Positions 25,766-28,068 of a DNA stretch of 28,068 nucleotides are shown piece by piece (positions within the stretch are counted from its first letter, which is position 1; the number at the start of each line of letters is the position of its first letter). The notes beneath the pieces were generated by a model. The model was not told the origin of the DNA. It worked only from the letters and a program-made list of their open reading frames with translations, and searched no databases. The position numbers were made by a program, and so were the translations under genes. This DNA is from a virus (Duplodnaviria > Caudoviricetes), in IMG/VR virus record IMGVR_UViG_3300022696_000244, positions 1 to 28,068 of that record; one strand, 5' to 3'.

Positions 25766-26090
25766 CTATTATGGCCTTTGCTACTTTATGTAATTTGTCT
25801 TTTGATATTTCGACTCGCGCATCCATTTCGACATTTTGTAAAGCTTTACCATCAATACGATCTATAACATATTCAAGTGCTTTCATATCACCACCTAAGG
25901 CTTTATTTAAAAGTGTTTTAACTAAGGCATCACGCATCTGAATTGGGTCACCTTTATTATCATCAACACATTCTGCTAGCGCTTGTTTAATAGCTGGTAT
26001 AAAAGATATTCTACCTTTTGGACGTCCATTAGGATTACCACTAACGCCTTTTGGAAATTTTTTGCCTTCTGGCATTTTCTTTTTTGGCAT
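25752..26090 (-). CDS. Putative terminase small subunit (DUF5681-like)
   Basis: FPKGVSGNPNGRPKG ... KALGGDMKA ... DRIDGK. Upstream of TerL. Confidence 0.75.
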   Translation of the reverse strand: MPKKKMPEGKKFPKGVSGNPNGRPKGRISFIPAIKQALAECVDDNKGDPIQMRDALVKTLLNKALGGDMKALEYVIDRIDGKALQNVEMDARVEISKDKLHKVAKAIIDESK

Positions 26091-26099
26091 ACTGCCCCC

Positions 26100-27080
26100 C
26101 TATAACTTACTGTTTTCATAATTTTGTATACAAACACCGATCATCTCTGGAATAATCGGTACTAAGGCATTTCCAAGAGCTATCAACCTTTGTTTACGTG
26201 TTAAACCTTCTGTCCATCCCACAGGAAATCCCATCAACCATTCCACCCAATCTGCGTTAAGTTTACCATCCTTTAATCTTGCGATATCTGGCTCGACTTC
26301 CCATTGCTCAACTCCTCTGCTGCAACGGAACAAGCTAATCTTTTCTTCTTTGAGTATTTGGCTAAAACCTCCAGCTTGCCTGTATCTTTGTAATCCCTCG
26401 CAGTCGGGGTTGGCCAAAATTGTTTTGCTGTTTTGTAATTTTGCCCCTGTTGTTTCTTTTGTAAATCCTGTTTCGTATAAGGAAAGTTTTTCTTTTGCAA
26501 TAATGTTTCTGCCAGTGATGGAGTTCGCAGAACATTCCTGCCGTCTTTTCTTATCATTTTTTCTGGTGGTCTTGCCTTGGTTATTGTTGCATCCCTTGTT
26601 GTCGGGGTTGGCCACGATCCAGATGCGATCCCTTTGGTGAGGCGCGCCAATGGCGGAAGCTGGTATGCAATGCCATTCTGCATTATACCCGATCTGCCAT
26701 AAATCTTGCAGGACGGTAATAAGTCCATTACTACGAAGGTTTGCCACGTTTTCGATAATTGCATATTTGGGTCTAATTTCATTTATTAACCTTAAATATT
26801 GTTTCCATAATGCTGATCTTAAACCACCTATACCAGCTTTTTTGCCAGCTATGGAAATATCCTGACAAGGAAAGCCACCACAAATAATATCAACAGAAGA
26901 TTCAATATCGTTTGCAGATAATTTTGTTATATCGTCAAAAATAGGTATATCAGGCCAATATTTTGATAGAATTTTATTACATGAAGGTTCAATCTCACAA
27001 AAGGCTATAGTTTCCCATCCTGCACATTCTAAACCTAGAGAAAAACCTCCAATACCTGAAAATAAATCAAGCACTTTCAT
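26100..27080 (-). CDS. C5-cytosine DNA methyltransferase
   Basis: Motif I DLFSGIGG, IV GGFPCQDIS, VI ENV, VIII PHQRDRIW, IX-like EWLMGFP, X LGNALVP. Confidence 0.95.
   Translation of the reverse strand: MKVLDLFSGIGGFSLGLECAGWETIAFCEIEPSCNKILSKYWPDIPIFDDITKLSANDIESSVDIICGGFPCQDISIAGKKAGIGGLRSALWKQYLRLINEIRPKYAIIENVANLRSNGLITVLQDLWQIGYNAEWHCIPASAIGAPHQRDRIWIVANPDNKGCNNNQGKTTRKNDKKRRQECSANSITGRNIIAKEKLSLYETGFTKETTGAKLQNSKTILANPDCEGLQRYRQAGGFSQILKEEKISLFRCSRGVEQWEVEPDIARLKDGKLNADWVEWLMGFPVGWTEGLTRKQRLIALGNALVPIIPEMIGVCIQNYENSKL
26273..26782 (-). CDS. Overlapping +1-frame ORF inside the C5 methyltransferase (candidate target-recognition polypeptide)
   Basis: 169 codons open in an AT-rich genome, containing two related motifs WPTPTTRD and WPTPTARDYK and an RSGIMQNG..YQLPPLA segment. 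Confidence 0.6.
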   Translation of the reverse strand: MKLDPNMQLSKTWQTFVVMDLLPSCKIYGRSGIMQNGIAYQLPPLARLTKGIASGSWPTPTTRDATITKARPPEKMIRKDGRNVLRTPSLAETLLQKKNFPYTKQDLQKKQQGQNYKTAKQFWPTPTARDYKDTGKLEVLAKYSKKKRLACSVAAEELSNGKSSQISQD

Positions 27081-27115
27081 TAAAATGTATACCCCCTATT
27101 TAAACCCCTAGTTAC

Positions 27116-27145
27116 ATAATATCATTATTCTTAGAAAAAAAGCAA
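27116..27145 (-). promoter_or_regulatory. Putative promoter of the leftward methyltransferase/packaging operon
   Basis: TTGCTT (27145-27140), 18-nt spacer, TG-A-TATTAT (-10 at 27121-27116), in the divergent intergenic gap. Confidence 0.5.
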
Positions 27146-27245
27146 TATATGTAATATTTTACCCTTTTAAACCATTGATATTAACTATTTCTTAACTAAT
27201 TCTTGCTATACTAGTATTATAAGCATTAAAAAAGGAGTTAAACTT

Positions 27246-27428
27246 ATGACAAAGAAATATTTTAGAACAGAAGAAAGAAATAATAAATTTAAAGAAGCAG
27301 GTATTAAATATTTAAATGGTGAAATTTCATATGAAGATTTAAATAATGAATGCCTTAATCTTTTAAAAGAACAAGATTTAGAAACTATCGAATGGATGGA
27401 ATCTATAATAGAAGAATTAGATAGGTAA
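27246..27428 (+). CDS. Small hypothetical protein
   Basis: AAGGAG RBS. First gene of a divergent unit, with a candidate TG-C-TATACT just upstream. Confidence 0.65.
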   Translation: MTKKYFRTEERNNKFKEAGIKYLNGEISYEDLNNECLNLLKEQDLETIEWMESIIEELDR

Positions 27429-27432
27429 TTTT

Positions 27433-27669
27433 ATGAAACAAGAGACCGTAAAAATTACCGAGCAACCCATTATATTAGCATTAGCAATCATAGGTGTAAT
27501 TGCCTTAATGCCTGTATTATATATCATTCCATTTCTAGTTATATTGCCTATATTATTCTTTATGATGATATTCTTTATATCTACATTTGGTTTTATTATG
27601 ACAGTGACTTTAAGTATATTAATAAACTTAATTATTCATATGTCTCCATTTATTGTTTATATTCAATAG
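27433..27669 (+). CDS. Small hydrophobic membrane protein
   Basis: About 60 nearly uninterrupted hydrophobic residues (two or more transmembrane helices). Confidence 0.6.
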   Translation: MKQETVKITEQPIILALAIIGVIALMPVLYIIPFLVILPILFFMMIFFISTFGFIMTVTLSILINLIIHMSPFIVYIQ

Positions 27670-27681
27670 AAGGGGTTTATT

Positions 27682-28068
27682 ATGACAATAAAAAGATTAC
27701 CAATTATAGATAAAGATTTAAGAGATTGTGAAGATCTGTATTTTGAGATATTACAGATGATAGATGAATATGACATATTTGTGACAAATGTAGAAGAATT
27801 TTACAATAACAATATGCGCTACAATTCCATATTATCAGAAAACCCTAGCGACTGTTGGGAGTCTACGTTAACAGATACGCAGCTTGCTATGTGTGATGAG
27901 ATATTACAGCCTAGTAGTGAGTTAGCGACATTACTTAAAGCTGAGACTATTGATGAAGCATATGACAAAAAAGATAAAGAATTATTACAAAAGATGCATC
28001 AAATAATTAGTAATTTTATAAATGAGAATATGAAGATGGCAAGATATTATATCTGCGCTATCTTATAA
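27682..28068 (+). CDS. Hypothetical acidic protein
   Basis: 128 aa with an AAGGGG RBS. No motif recognised. Confidence 0.65.
   Translation: MTIKRLPIIDKDLRDCEDLYFEILQMIDEYDIFVTNVEEFYNNNMRYNSILSENPSDCWESTLTDTQLAMCDEILQPSSELATLLKAETIDEAYDKKDKELLQKMHQIISNFINENMKMARYYICAIL

Noticed and set aside
605-26865. Many plus-strand ORFs in the ORF track (e.g. 605-835, 4326-4784, 7027-7410, 9977-10501, 14200-14595, 26350-26640)
   Set aside because: All lie antisense to well-supported minus-strand genes, have no recognisable motifs, and have the composition of reverse-complement shadows.
1-28068. CRISPR array, tRNA/rRNA, integrase/att site, diversity-generating retroelement or intein
   Set aside because: No regularly spaced repeats, RNA-gene signatures, recombinase or reverse transcriptase were seen. 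TerL has normal length and no intein motifs. The methyltransferase repeats are not adenine-specific TR/VR pairs.

Overview
This window is an AT-rich tailed-phage (myovirus-type) DNA-packaging and virion morphogenesis region, encoded almost entirely on the minus strand. Read right to left it holds: a C5-cytosine methyltransferase, small terminase, two tandem N4/N6 methyltransferases, large terminase, portal, a cluster of fibre-like genes, gp7/gpF head protein, DUF2213 protease/scaffold, head decoration protein, major capsid protein, neck proteins, sheath, tube, a tail chaperone with a -1 frameshift extension, tape measure, baseplate genes and the start of a tail fibre. Three free-standing homing endonuclease genes (two GIY-YIG, one HNH) interrupt the operon. 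Three small divergent ORFs lie at the right end. The most notable observations are: (1) all three endonuclease genes share one regulatory layout, a sigma70-type -10 box inside the 5' arm of a hairpin that masks their own RBS; (2) the two methyltransferases have near-identical ends but divergent cores, and are bounded by a 14-bp junction repeated three times between terS and terL; (3) the C5 methyltransferase carries apparent target-recognition motifs in an overlapping +1 frame; (4) a C-G6/7-A motif, mostly in hairpin loops, sits at the RBS of major structural genes; (5) a ~65-aa domain is about 69% identical between the sheath and baseplate-J proteins. Family assignments come from motif recognition and gene order only; no database searches were run.
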